Assembly (NCBI GenBank): GCA_035496135.1
Contig: DATJEX010000040.1
Span: 1-48,080, forward strand
Length of the DNA stretch: 48,080 nt
Reading direction: 5' to 3'
Source: Bacteroidia bacterium
GTDB taxonomy: Bacteria; Bacteroidota; Bacteroidia; Palsa-965
Shown here: piece by piece, positions 25,686-34,891 of the stretch
Layout of the letters: each line of letters begins with the position of its first letter
How positions within the stretch are numbered: position 1 is the stretch's first letter
Position numbers and translations under genes: made by a program
The notes under the pieces: generated by a model
Databases searched by the model: none
What the model saw: only the letters and a program-made list of their open reading frames with translations
Told to the model about the DNA's origin: nothing

Positions 25686-28193
25686 ATGGATTGCGCTTCT
25701 GATCAGCTGGAACAACTGTATCGTGAACTCCGGAGTTCCCCTTCGGGACTGACGACTTCGGAAGCGAATGAACGATTGCGGGAACTCAGCGGAAAAAAAC
25801 ACACACGGGGAAGACGGACACGGGAATTTCATCTGCTCATCCGCCAGTTCAGGAGTCCGCTCGTTCTGCTTTTACTGGTCGCGGTACTGCTCTCCGGCAT
25901 CATGGGCGAAACGACCGACATGTTCATCATTCTCGGAATTCTCATCACGACGGGCTTATTGAGTTTCATCCAGGAATTGAATGCGGGACGATCGGTGGAG
26001 AAACTGCAGCAGATGCTTGCCGTTACGGTTGATGTAATGCGTGATGGAAGGATCAAAAAACTGAAGAGCGACGATGTCGTTCCGGGAGACATTCTCGAGT
26101 TGAATGCAGGTGATCTCATTCCCGCCGATTGCAGGATCATCAGCAGTAAAGAACTGCACGTGAATGAAAGTTCGCTCACCGGTGAATCATTTGCCGTGGA
26201 AAAAAGTGAAGGTGAAGTGAAACACAGTGCTTCCATCGCTGAAAAAACGAACAGCCTCTGGAAAGGAACGCACGTCATCAGCGGGACAGCTAACGCGATC
26301 TGTGTTTTTACCGGCGACAAAACCATTTTCGGGCAAATGAAAAGTTCGCTCGAAACCGAAGAGGAAACTGTTTTTGAAAAAGGCATCCGGCATTTCGGAA
26401 TGTTCCTGCTCAAGATCACACTCGTGCTCTCCGTTTGTATTCTCATCATCAATATTATTTTTCATAAACCGATCGCGGATTCCATTCTCTTTTCACTCGC
26501 GGTAGCCGTAGGAATGGCCCCGGAATTATTGCCCGCGATCATGACACTCTCCATGACCGCCGGGGCAAAACGGATGCTGCGGAAGAAAGTGATCGTCAAA
26601 AAACTCACATCCATCATCAACTTCGGTGAAGTAACCGTGTTGTGCACCGATAAAACCGGAACGCTCACAGAAGGAATTTCACACGTGAGTAAGATCGTGG
26701 ATGCCGATGGAAAAGAAGATCCCGAAATGTACCGGATGGCGAAACTGAATGCGACGCTTCAGAATGGTTTCAACAACCCGATCGACGATGCATTGCAGAA
26801 ACTCGGTGAAGATATTTCCGGCTACACTAAATGCGGAGAGATCCCTTATGATTTCAAGCGAAAACGGTTAAGTATCCTGGCGGAGAAAGGTTCCTCCTAC
26901 ACGATGATCACCAAGGGAGCGGTCATCAATGTGCTGGAGGTCTGCACGAGTTATTTTTCGGCGAAAGAGATCCGCACACTGGGAAAAGATGATGTGGAAC
27001 GCATCAACAACCGTTTCCGCGAATACAGTGAGAAAGGTTTTCGGGTGCTCGGGCTCGCGTACAGGAATTTCCCGGCCGGGAAAATGACAAAGGCGGATGA
27101 AAAAGAAATGATCTTCCTCGGTTTCATTCTCCTCGAGGATCCGCTGAAGGAAGGAGTACTTCATTCGCTCGAGCGTTTGAATAAACTGAATACTTCGCTC
27201 AAGATCATCACCGGCGACAACCGCCATGTGGCCGCTTACACTGCAGCTGAACTCGGATTCCATACCGGGGAGATCCTGCTCGGAAGTGAGATCGCCGCGC
27301 TGTCACCCGAAGCGCTGAAGGTGAAAGTAAAACAGATCCAGGTTTTCGCCGAAGTGGAACCGCAGCAGAAAGAACATATCATACGCGCGTTGCAGCAATC
27401 GGGCGAAGCGGTCGCGTACATGGGCGATGGCATCAATGATGTCGCCGCGATTCATGCTGCGGACACCGGCATTTCGGTGAATGACGCGGTGGATGTGGCG
27501 AAAGAAGCCGCCGATTTTGTGCTGCTCGAAAAAGATCTTTCCGTTCTGGCCGATTGAATCACAGAATGAAGAAAAACTTTTGCGAATTCACTCAAGTACA
27601 TTTTCATCAGTACCGGCGCGACATTCGGTAATATGTTCAGCGTGGCAGGTGCTTCACTGCTCATTCCGTTTCTGCCCATGCTGCCGAAACAGATCCTGCT
27701 CACGAATTTCATCACCGATTTTCCATACCTCGCAGTATCGGACGACAACGTGGATGAAGCTCAACTGCGAAGGCCGAGTCGATGGGATCTGAAAATGGTC
27801 CGTCGCTTCATGCTTGTTTTTGGTCTGCACAGCTCCATTTTCGATCTGCTCACTTTCTTCTATCTTTTTTTCGTACTTCATCTGAAAGAAGCAGCTTTCC
27901 AGACCGGCTGGTTCCTCGAATCGGTGATCACCGAACTCATCATTTTATTCGTGATCCGTTCGGCACGCACATTCCTGAAAAGCAAACCTTCTCTTTTCCT
28001 TGTGCTCTCCGCGACATTAATGACCGCGTTCACACTCCTGCTCATCTATTCCCCGCTTGCCGGAATGTTCGGTCTGCAGCAATTGCCTTTGATGCAATTC
28101 CTGGTCATTACCGGAATACTTGTGTTGTATCTGATCACCGCAGATATACTGAAAATATTTTTCTTCCGTTACATGGCCAAACAGACTACCTGA
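25686..28193 (+). pseudogene. mgtA: MgtA-type Mg2+-transporting P-type ATPase interrupted by two in-frame TGA codons (27555-27557 and 27567-27569)
   Basis: P-type motifs TGES, DKTGTLT and GDGINDVAA are present. ORFs 25686-27557 and 27633-28193 are in the same frame. The bridging sequence reads D*ITE*RKTFANSLKYI, which is colinear with MgtA EEGVIEGRRTFANMLKYI (recalled from memory). Confidence 0.8.
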
Positions 28194-28197
28194 AAGG

Positions 28198-28324
28198 GGG
28201 AACGAACTGCTAATCCGTCAGCATAGCTGCCGTACGAATATGCGTAGTGCGTACGGCGAACATGCTGAATCAAATAATCCGAAATCCGTACTTCGCATAT
28301 TCGATCGATTCGTAATTCGTTCCC
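28198..28324. repeat. Long intergenic hairpin element, GGGAACGAA...TTCGTTCCC-terminus family
   Basis: Termini gggaacgaactgctaatccg (28198-28217) and cgattcgtaattcgttccc (28306-28324). Inner inverted repeats are cagcat/atgctg, gccgtacg/cgtacggc and cgaatatgcg/cgcatattcg. Confidence 0.75.
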
Positions 28325-28346
28325 GCCGTATACTATCTTTACACCA

Positions 28347-29894
28347 GTGAATATCTACTCACGCAAACAACAATGGAAACTGTTACTGCTCGTAACAGCG
28401 CTCGTCATTGTAGGCCTTTCACTCTGGTATTCCAGTGGGCTCGTACATAAGATCTCGGTGAGTGAAAAACGCAATGTGGAATTGTGGGCCGACGCCGTGC
28501 GGAGAAAAGCGATGATGCGTGAAGCGACGAATCAGTTGTACGCACGCATCGCATCTGAAGAACGGAAGAAAATGGAAGTGTGGGCCGAAGCTACCGGACT
28601 CATGTCCGACCCGGTGATCATTGGCAATAACAACGCATTCACACTCGTGCTCGATGTGATCAAGAACAACGAAACGGTCCCGGTGATCGTGCTCGATGAT
28701 AAAGGGAATTATTTCACTTCGCGGAATCTCGATTCGGCACTGCAGAAAGACAAGAGTTATATCAGGGCCGAACTGGAAGTGATGCGCAAACAGCATGATT
28801 CCATTCCGATCGATGTGAGCAACCGCATGAACGATCCGCACGCACCGGCGCAATTCTACTATCTCTTCTACCGCGACTCAAAAGTTTTTGATGACATCCG
28901 CGAATCGTATGTGGAGAATGAACGTTCGTTCATCCGCGAGGTTGCTTCGAATCCCGCTTCTGCTCCCGCCATCTTCGCCGATTCCTACGCCGACACCGCT
29001 CACATCATCGCGTTCGGAAATCTTGATTCGGTACGATTGAAAAGAGATTCGCTGAATTACCTGCGCGAAGAATTGAAATACCTCAAGGAGAACGGCGACA
29101 CGATCATCATCACGTTCAACAACAGGAACAGCAATGTGATCTATTATATGGAATCGCCGCAACTGCAGAAGCTGCGTTACTTCCCCATCTTTCAATTTGT
29201 CATTGTGGGAATGTTCCTCATCGTCGCGTATTTATTATTCAGTACATCGCGCCGCGCCGAACAGAATAATGTGTGGGTGGGAATGGCGAAGGAGACTGCA
29301 CATCAGTTGGGAACTCCGCTTTCATCACTCATCGCCTGGCTGGAATACATGAAACTGAAAGGTGCGAATGACGAGATGACGAAAGAGATCGCGCACGATG
29401 TGAAGCGACTTGAGATGATCACCGAACGTTTTTCAAAGATCGGTTCGCAACCGAAACTTGATTACACCGACATTGTTGAAGCGCTCCGTAATTCGGTGGA
29501 ATATATCCAGACCCGTTCACCGAAGACCGTGAAATTCCATATGAAAGCGGAAGGAAAAATCGAAGTGCCTTTGAATTTCCCGCTCTTCGCATGGGTGATC
29601 GAAAATCTTTGCCGCAATGCGGTGGATGCGATGGACGGAAGCGGAGAGATCACCGTCGAGATCACCGATCTCTACCAGTTCGTTTACATCGACATCACCG
29701 ATACCGGCAAAGGAATTCCACGCTCAAAACAGAAAACAATTTTCGAACCGGGATTCACCACGAAACAACGCGGCTGGGGACTCGGCCTTTCATTGTGCAG
29801 GAGGATCATCGAGCAATATCACAATGGAAAAATTTTCGTGAAAAGATCGGAACCGGGAAAAGGAACAACGTTCAGGATCGTGCTGAATAAATAG
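28347..29894 (+). CDS. Sensor histidine kinase (two TM segments, HisKA, HATPase_c)
   Basis: H-box (AHQLGTPLSSLIAWLEY), N-box (ENLCRNAVDAM), G1 (DTGKGIP) and G2 (GWGLGLSLC). GTG start at 28347. Confidence 0.85.
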   Translation: MNIYSRKQQWKLLLLVTALVIVGLSLWYSSGLVHKISVSEKRNVELWADAVRRKAMMREATNQLYARIASEERKKMEVWAEATGLMSDPVIIGNNNAFTLVLDVIKNNETVPVIVLDDKGNYFTSRNLDSALQKDKSYIRAELEVMRKQHDSIPIDVSNRMNDPHAPAQFYYLFYRDSKVFDDIRESYVENERSFIREVASNPASAPAIFADSYADTAHIIAFGNLDSVRLKRDSLNYLREELKYLKENGDTIIITFNNRNSNVIYYMESPQLQKLRYFPIFQFVIVGMFLIVAYLLFSTSRRAEQNNVWVGMAKETAHQLGTPLSSLIAWLEYMKLKGANDEMTKEIAHDVKRLEMITERFSKIGSQPKLDYTDIVEALRNSVEYIQTRSPKTVKFHMKAEGKIEVPLNFPLFAWVIENLCRNAVDAMDGSGEITVEITDLYQFVYIDITDTGKGIPRSKQKTIFEPGFTTKQRGWGLGLSLCRRIIEQYHNGKIFVKRSEPGKGTTFRIVLNK

Positions 29895-29975
29895 ACGTGA
29901 GACGTGAGAAAAATATTTTCTCAATTAGCACAAAATAAAAATGGGACACGAGATTTTTCTCATGTCCCATGTCTC
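29894..29975. repeat. Imperfect inverted repeat built from the duplicated word GACGTGA
   Basis: gacgtgagacgtgagaaaaat (29894-29914) against atttttctcatgtcccatgtctc (29953-29975). It lies between convergent genes and may act as a bidirectional terminator. Confidence 0.55.
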
Positions 29976-29989
29976 TTAATCCCAAGTCT

Positions 29990-30424
29990 CTAATGATGCC
30001 AAACAGAAATGATGATGCTCATCAACGTGATCGCGATCGTATGATAAGCACCATCGATGAACCACAAACTCATTTTTTTCATGGTGTACATGTGTCCCAT
30101 GCACATTGGAACTGCAGCGAAAACACTCAGGAGTAATCCCCATTTGATTCCGTGCACGCAGTCGTGAGTGGAAGTTGCATAAATAACCAGTCCGACTCCG
30201 AGGGCCACCACAATGTTCATGAGCAATGTGACGACCATTAGTTTGGGCATCTGCTTTCTCATTTTTGCTTTGTCTGCATCGTTGATCGGCATTTGTATGC
30301 CATGAGCAGCTGCCCACGGTTTGCCGAAGAGAACGGAGAACCACAATGCACCGAGTGCGTAGTAACTGAGAGCGGCCACACCGATCGCTAACCAGTTGGC
30401 GTGAGAGAAGAATTGTTGTAGCAT
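29990..30424 (-). CDS. DUF1761-like membrane protein
   Basis: 144 aa with four hydrophobic segments. The N-terminal pattern NWLAIGVAALSYYALGALWFSVLFGKPW resembles DUF1761, recalled from memory. Confidence 0.5.
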   Translation of the reverse strand: MLQQFFSHANWLAIGVAALSYYALGALWFSVLFGKPWAAAHGIQMPINDADKAKMRKQMPKLMVVTLLMNIVVALGVGLVIYATSTHDCVHGIKWGLLLSVFAAVPMCMGHMYTMKKMSLWFIDGAYHTIAITLMSIIISVWHH

Positions 30425-30530
30425 GTTTTTAGCGGATTTGTTTCAAGAAAGGTAGGAAAATGGAGCAAGGAGGATGGAAGATGGAAGACGGACTTATTAA
30501 AACGTTGCTGTGAATTACCTGAGAGTGAGC

Positions 30531-30582
30531 GTGAATGTGAACGTGAAAGGGCTGTTTTGTCTTGAATCCTGTTCACATTCAC
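30531..30582. repeat. Perfect 12-bp inverted repeat gtgaatgtgaac / gttcacattcac
   Basis: Arms at 30531-30542 and 30571-30582. The right arm overlaps the stop codon of the aldehyde dehydrogenase gene. Confidence 0.65.
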
Positions 30583-32021
30583 AACTTAATGCACACATTC
30601 TTCGCCTCCGTAAAGAATCTGAACCCTTCAAATCCTCCTTCTCTTCCAACACCGCTTCCCTTCATTCCGCCGAATGGTGTACGCAGATCGCGGAACAACC
30701 AGCAGTTGATCCAGATGATCCCGCTCTGTACATTCGCTGCTACGCGGTTCGCGCGCGTGATGTCCTGCGTCCAGATGGAAGCTGCCAGTCCGTACGTGGT
30801 GCTGTTCGCCATTTTCAGAACTTCTTCTTCTGTATCGAACGGCATGATCGTCACTACGGGTCCGAAAATTTCTTCCATGTTCGTGCGGCAATTGTAAGCG
30901 AGTCCTTCGATGATCGTCGGTTCGATGAAATATCCGTCTTTCAATTCTCCGCTCATGTGTACTTGTTTTCCCCCTGCGAGAATTTTTCCGCCTTCCTTCT
31001 GCGCGAGATCGATGTACGAGAGAATTTTTTCCATGTGCGGTTTCGAAACGATCGCTCCCATTCTTGTTTTCGGATCGGATGGGTCGCCCGGTTTCATTTC
31101 CGCGGCTTTCTTCACGAATTCCGTTTTGAATTTTTCATAGAGCGGACGTTCGACAAAAATTCTCGATCCGCATAGACAAATTTCACCTTGATTTGCAAAT
31201 GAACTCTGTAATGTTGTTTTGATCATCGCGTCAAAATCACAATCGGCGAAAATGATGTTCGGATTTTTTCCGCCGAGCTCGAGCGAAAGTTTCTTGAATT
31301 TCGGTGCGGCGCTTGCAGCAATGTGCGCTCCTGTTTTTGTTCCGCCCGTGAATGAAATGGCTTTTATTCCCGCGTGATCGATGATCGCCTGTCCGGCTTT
31401 TGTTCCGAGTCCGTGAACAATGTTCAACACACCGGCTGGCAATCCTGCTTCGATACAGGCTTTGGAAAATAACCACGCGGTGTAAGGAGTGATCTCCGAC
31501 GGTTTCGCGATCACACAATTTCCGGTAGCGATGGCTGGGCCGATCTTCCAGGTGAAAAGATAGAGCGGAAGATTCCACGGAGAAATACATCCGACCACTC
31601 CGATCGGTTGACGAATCGTATAATTCACAGCGCGGTCTTCGGTGATGTGCGATTCTGCCGAATAATGCATGATGCCGGTGGCGAAGAATTCTATGTTGGA
31701 AATAGCACGCGGGATATCAATGAGTGATGCGGTGTGAATGGATTTCCCATTGTCCTTCGATTCTGCTTTCACATACGCATCCGTATCGCGGCGAATGATG
31801 TCTGCAATTTTCATCATGATGCGGCAGCGTTCTTCGACGGGCGTAACAGACCATTTCGGAAATGCCGCCTGTGCCGCTTTCACGGCTTCGTTCACATCCG
31901 CTTCATCCGAATCCGGAATGAGGGAATATACTTTCCCCGTTGCCGGCTGATAATTGTCAATGTATTTTCCCGAAGTCGGCGCGACCAGTTTGCCGTTGAT
32001 GTAATTCTCTAATTTTTCCAT
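30579..32021 (-). CDS. NAD(P)-dependent aldehyde dehydrogenase
   Basis: ALDH motifs ELGGKNP and catalytic Cys context (GEICLCGSR). Length is 480 aa. Confidence 0.88.
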   Translation of the reverse strand: MEKLENYINGKLVAPTSGKYIDNYQPATGKVYSLIPDSDEADVNEAVKAAQAAFPKWSVTPVEERCRIMMKIADIIRRDTDAYVKAESKDNGKSIHTASLIDIPRAISNIEFFATGIMHYSAESHITEDRAVNYTIRQPIGVVGCISPWNLPLYLFTWKIGPAIATGNCVIAKPSEITPYTAWLFSKACIEAGLPAGVLNIVHGLGTKAGQAIIDHAGIKAISFTGGTKTGAHIAASAAPKFKKLSLELGGKNPNIIFADCDFDAMIKTTLQSSFANQGEICLCGSRIFVERPLYEKFKTEFVKKAAEMKPGDPSDPKTRMGAIVSKPHMEKILSYIDLAQKEGGKILAGGKQVHMSGELKDGYFIEPTIIEGLAYNCRTNMEEIFGPVVTIMPFDTEEEVLKMANSTTYGLAASIWTQDITRANRVAANVQSGIIWINCWLFRDLRTPFGGMKGSGVGREGGFEGFRFFTEAKNVCIKL

Positions 32022-32038
32022 GATGAATTTCTTGAATA

Positions 32039-32046
32039 CAAAATTA
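32039..32046 (-). promoter_or_regulatory. Bacteroidota -7 promoter box TAATTTTG (minus strand)
   Basis: The reverse complement of caaaatta matches TAnnTTTG, 17 nt upstream of the ALDH ATG. Confidence 0.45.
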
Positions 32047-32134
32047 GGTGTAATTCAGGAGAATTCTTCTGCCGGAATTGGCTGCAGATTGGCGCAGATT
32101 CTTTTTCCTAAATTGGCAGATAATTTTTTTTAAA

Positions 32135-32713
32135 ATGAAAAAACTCCTGCTTCCTGCGCTCATCGTCGCCACCATTTTCACCGGCGCGATCATCCTCAAC
32201 GTTAACGCACAACAACAGCATCACCAGGATGTGAAAACATTGTGGTCGGTGGATTCCTCTTCGAACAAACCAAATCCCGCTCCGAAAAATGCGGTGGTGA
32301 CGAAGAACGACACGATCGAAGTGCACGTGGGCGATGTACAGAGTTACAGTTATGGCGGATACATCGTGCGACTCGAACCGAAATATGAAATGACGGACAA
32401 ATATCTTCCGGTTGTGATCGGCGATTGTGAAGCAAGCAGCATTCAGTCGTACAAAAGCGGAACACAATCGACGCGACCGATGACTTATGATCTTTTCACC
32501 AACATCCTGATGACCGAGCAACTGAAGATCCAGAAAGTGATCATCACCAAACTGGAGAATAACACCTATTACGCCGTCGTCGCGATCAACAACAGCGGAA
32601 AGATCTCTTATGTCGATTCACGCCCGAGTGACGCGATCAATCTCGCACTGCGTTCCAATGCAACCGTGTACGTGATGCGGAAAGTGCTGGAAGACGCGGG
32701 GGAAGCGAGATAA
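32135..32713 (+). CDS. Bifunctional-nuclease (DUF151/BFN) domain protein with a signal/TM N-terminus
   Basis: ATG at 32135 (MKKLLLPALIVATIF). Motifs LPVVIGDCEASSI, RPMTYDLF and VDSRPSDAINLALR are typical of DUF151. Confidence 0.6.
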   Translation: MKKLLLPALIVATIFTGAIILNVNAQQQHHQDVKTLWSVDSSSNKPNPAPKNAVVTKNDTIEVHVGDVQSYSYGGYIVRLEPKYEMTDKYLPVVIGDCEASSIQSYKSGTQSTRPMTYDLFTNILMTEQLKIQKVIITKLENNTYYAVVAINNSGKISYVDSRPSDAINLALRSNATVYVMRKVLEDAGEAR

Positions 32714-32738
32714 TTTCTGAAATAAATTCGTGATCAGT

Positions 32739-32840
32739 CGCGGTTCGAATGCCCTGAACTTGCCTATAGGTAGCTCGTAGTTTCCGCGGTTCGCCTGCCC
32801 TGAGTCCTGAGCTTGTCGAATGGATCGATGGGTAGTTTCG
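32739..32840. repeat. Two tandem imperfect repeat units of about 46-55 nt (CGCGGTTCGnnTGCCCTGA ... GGTAG..TTTC)
   Basis: The 19-mer at 32739-32757 matches 32785-32803 with 2 mismatches. Each is followed by a ggtag..tttc word. The second unit contains a reverse partial copy of the TTCGACAAGCTCAG repeat (32807-32820). Confidence 0.6.
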
Positions 32841-33097
32841 TACCGATTCGTTTTTAGTACACCCCCGGCACGCCCTCCCTTCTCAATTTCAAACCTCCTT
32901 TCGACCAATAGCAAAAGTTCTTCGATTACCGGCCATTTTAACCGCTTTTTTTCGGTCGGAATTTTGTAATTTTTGTAAGCGAAAAAACGATAATTTTACC
33001 TGCCTTGAACGAAACACTCCTGCGCCGTGTTGTTCACCCCATCACCCACAACATTTCTGCAGGATCTTACCAGGCACATTAACCAAAAGATCAGACT

Positions 33098-34891
33098 GTG
33101 GAGCCAACCAACATCAAAGACCCGGAGTATTTCCATAAAGTAGTGGATTGCCAGTACGCTTGTCCTGCGCATACGCCAGTGCCGGAATACATCCGTCTCA
33201 TCGCCCAGGGAAAATATTCCGAAGCGTATATGATCAACTGGGAATCGAATGTATTTCCCGGAATTCTCGGACGTACCTGCGATCGCCCCTGCGAACCTGC
33301 TTGCCGCCGCGGACGTGTGGAAGAAGAACCTGTTGCGATCTGCCGCCTCAAACGCGTTGCAGCCGACAATAAGGACGACGTAAAAAAATTCATGCCGCAT
33401 GGCCCATTCAAACCGAATGGAAAGAAGATCGCGCTCATCGGTGCTGGTCCGGCTTCACTCACCGTAGCGCGCGATCTTGCTCCGCTCGGATATGAAATTC
33501 ATTTGTACGATGAACAAAAGGGCGGCGGCGGATTCATGCGCAGCCAGATCCCTTCGTTCCGTTTGCCGGAAACTGTTCTGGATGAAGAAGTGAATTACAT
33601 TCTCGATCTCGGCATCAAGCAGCATTTCAATCATTATGTGAAATCGCTGAAAGAATTATTGAATTCAGAACAGAAATATGATGCGGTCTTCGTTGGATCA
33701 GGCGCACCGAAAGGCCGTGACCTGGATGTTCCCGGAAGAAAAGAAGCAGCAGCGAATATTCACATTGGTATCAACTGGCTGGCGAATGTCGCATTCGAAC
33801 ATACTTCCAAGATCGGCAAGAATGTGATCGTACTCGGCGGTGGAAATACCGCGATGGATTGCTGCCGTACTTCACGCCGCCTCGGTGGTGAAAATGTAAA
33901 AGTCGTTGTACGTTCTCCTTTCGCCGAGATGAAAGCATCTCCGTGGGAAAAGGAAGACGCGATGCATGAAGATATTCCGATCATTGACAATCACGTTCCG
34001 AAAGCGGTGATCCATGAGAATGGAAAACTCAAAGGAATGACCTTCGATAAAGTACAGGCAGTTTGGGAAAACGGAAAACGCAAACTCGTTTCTACCGGCG
34101 AACCGGAAGTTTTCATTGAAGCGGATGATGTACTCGTTGCGATCGGACAGGAAAATTCTTTCCCGTGGATCGAACGCGATCTCGGGCTCGAATTCGACAA
34201 ATGGGATATGCCGGTTGTGAATGAAACCACATTCCAGTCAACGAATAAAAAAGTGTTCTTCGGTGGCGATGCAGCGTTCGGGCCAAAGAACGTTATCACT
34301 GCGGTAGCACACGGACACCAGGCTGCAATTTCCATTCACCTCGCTTGCGAAGGAATGGATGTATCACAACGTCCTGCTCCGGGAGTGACGATGTATTCCA
34401 CCAAAATGGGAATTCACGAATGGAGTTACGACAACGACGTGACTTCCGATCTCCGTTACCTTGTTCCGCAAGCCGACAAAAAAGTAACACTGAAAGACCG
34501 CAAGAAAGAAGTCGAACTTGGTTTCGATCTTCCGACGGGTTTCAAAGAAGCGCAGCGCTGCCTGAATTGCGATGTGCAGACGGTCTTCACCGAAAATAAA
34601 TGTATCGAGTGTGATGCTTGTGTGGACGTTTGTCCTACATCCTGTATCACATTTACAACGAACGGCGACGAAGATGATCTTCGCTCACGATTGAAAGCTC
34701 CGGCGCATGAAAAAACGCAGGATCTCTATGTGTCCGATATTCTTCCGACCAAACGCGTGATGGTGAAAGACGAGAATGTTTGTCTCCACTGCGGCTTGTG
34801 CGCGGAACGTTGTCCAACCTCTGCATGGGATATGCAGGAATTCTTTTATAAAGTAACTAAAGCAGAAAACGCATGTCAGCCAGTAGCGTAA
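33098..34891 (+). CDS. GltD-like NAD(P)H-dependent FAD oxidoreductase with a C-terminal 2x[4Fe-4S] ferredoxin domain
   Basis: N-terminal Cys cluster (CQYACPAHTPVPEY..CDRPCEPAC), dinucleotide fold (KIALIGAGPASL) and C-terminal CIECDACVDVCP / CLHCGLCAERCP. GTG start. Confidence 0.8.
   Translation: MEPTNIKDPEYFHKVVDCQYACPAHTPVPEYIRLIAQGKYSEAYMINWESNVFPGILGRTCDRPCEPACRRGRVEEEPVAICRLKRVAADNKDDVKKFMPHGPFKPNGKKIALIGAGPASLTVARDLAPLGYEIHLYDEQKGGGGFMRSQIPSFRLPETVLDEEVNYILDLGIKQHFNHYVKSLKELLNSEQKYDAVFVGSGAPKGRDLDVPGRKEAAANIHIGINWLANVAFEHTSKIGKNVIVLGGGNTAMDCCRTSRRLGGENVKVVVRSPFAEMKASPWEKEDAMHEDIPIIDNHVPKAVIHENGKLKGMTFDKVQAVWENGKRKLVSTGEPEVFIEADDVLVAIGQENSFPWIERDLGLEFDKWDMPVVNETTFQSTNKKVFFGGDAAFGPKNVITAVAHGHQAAISIHLACEGMDVSQRPAPGVTMYSTKMGIHEWSYDNDVTSDLRYLVPQADKKVTLKDRKKEVELGFDLPTGFKEAQRCLNCDVQTVFTENKCIECDACVDVCPTSCITFTTNGDEDDLRSRLKAPAHEKTQDLYVSDILPTKRVMVKDENVCLHCGLCAERCPTSAWDMQEFFYKVTKAENACQPVA

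Noticed and set aside
27555-27569. Genome-wide reassignment of UGA to Gly (translation table 25), to explain the mgtA stops and the TGA/GGA difference between 39178-39180 and 42916-42918.
   Set aside because: TGA clearly terminates other genes here. Examples are the ATGA stop/start overlap at 15824-15827 (followed by TAG two codons later), the cobA stop at 14197-14199, hom at 17848-17850 and mgtA itself at 28191-28193. Gene content and promoters are Bacteroidota-like, not Gracilibacteria/SR1-like.
32739-32757. A tRNA T-arm-like sequence GGTTCGAAT, suggesting a tRNA gene or a tRNA 3' end att relic.
   Set aside because: The flanking bases (cgcgg / gccct) cannot form the T-stem. No acceptor or anticodon arms can be drawn. 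The second copy has GGTTCGCCT instead.
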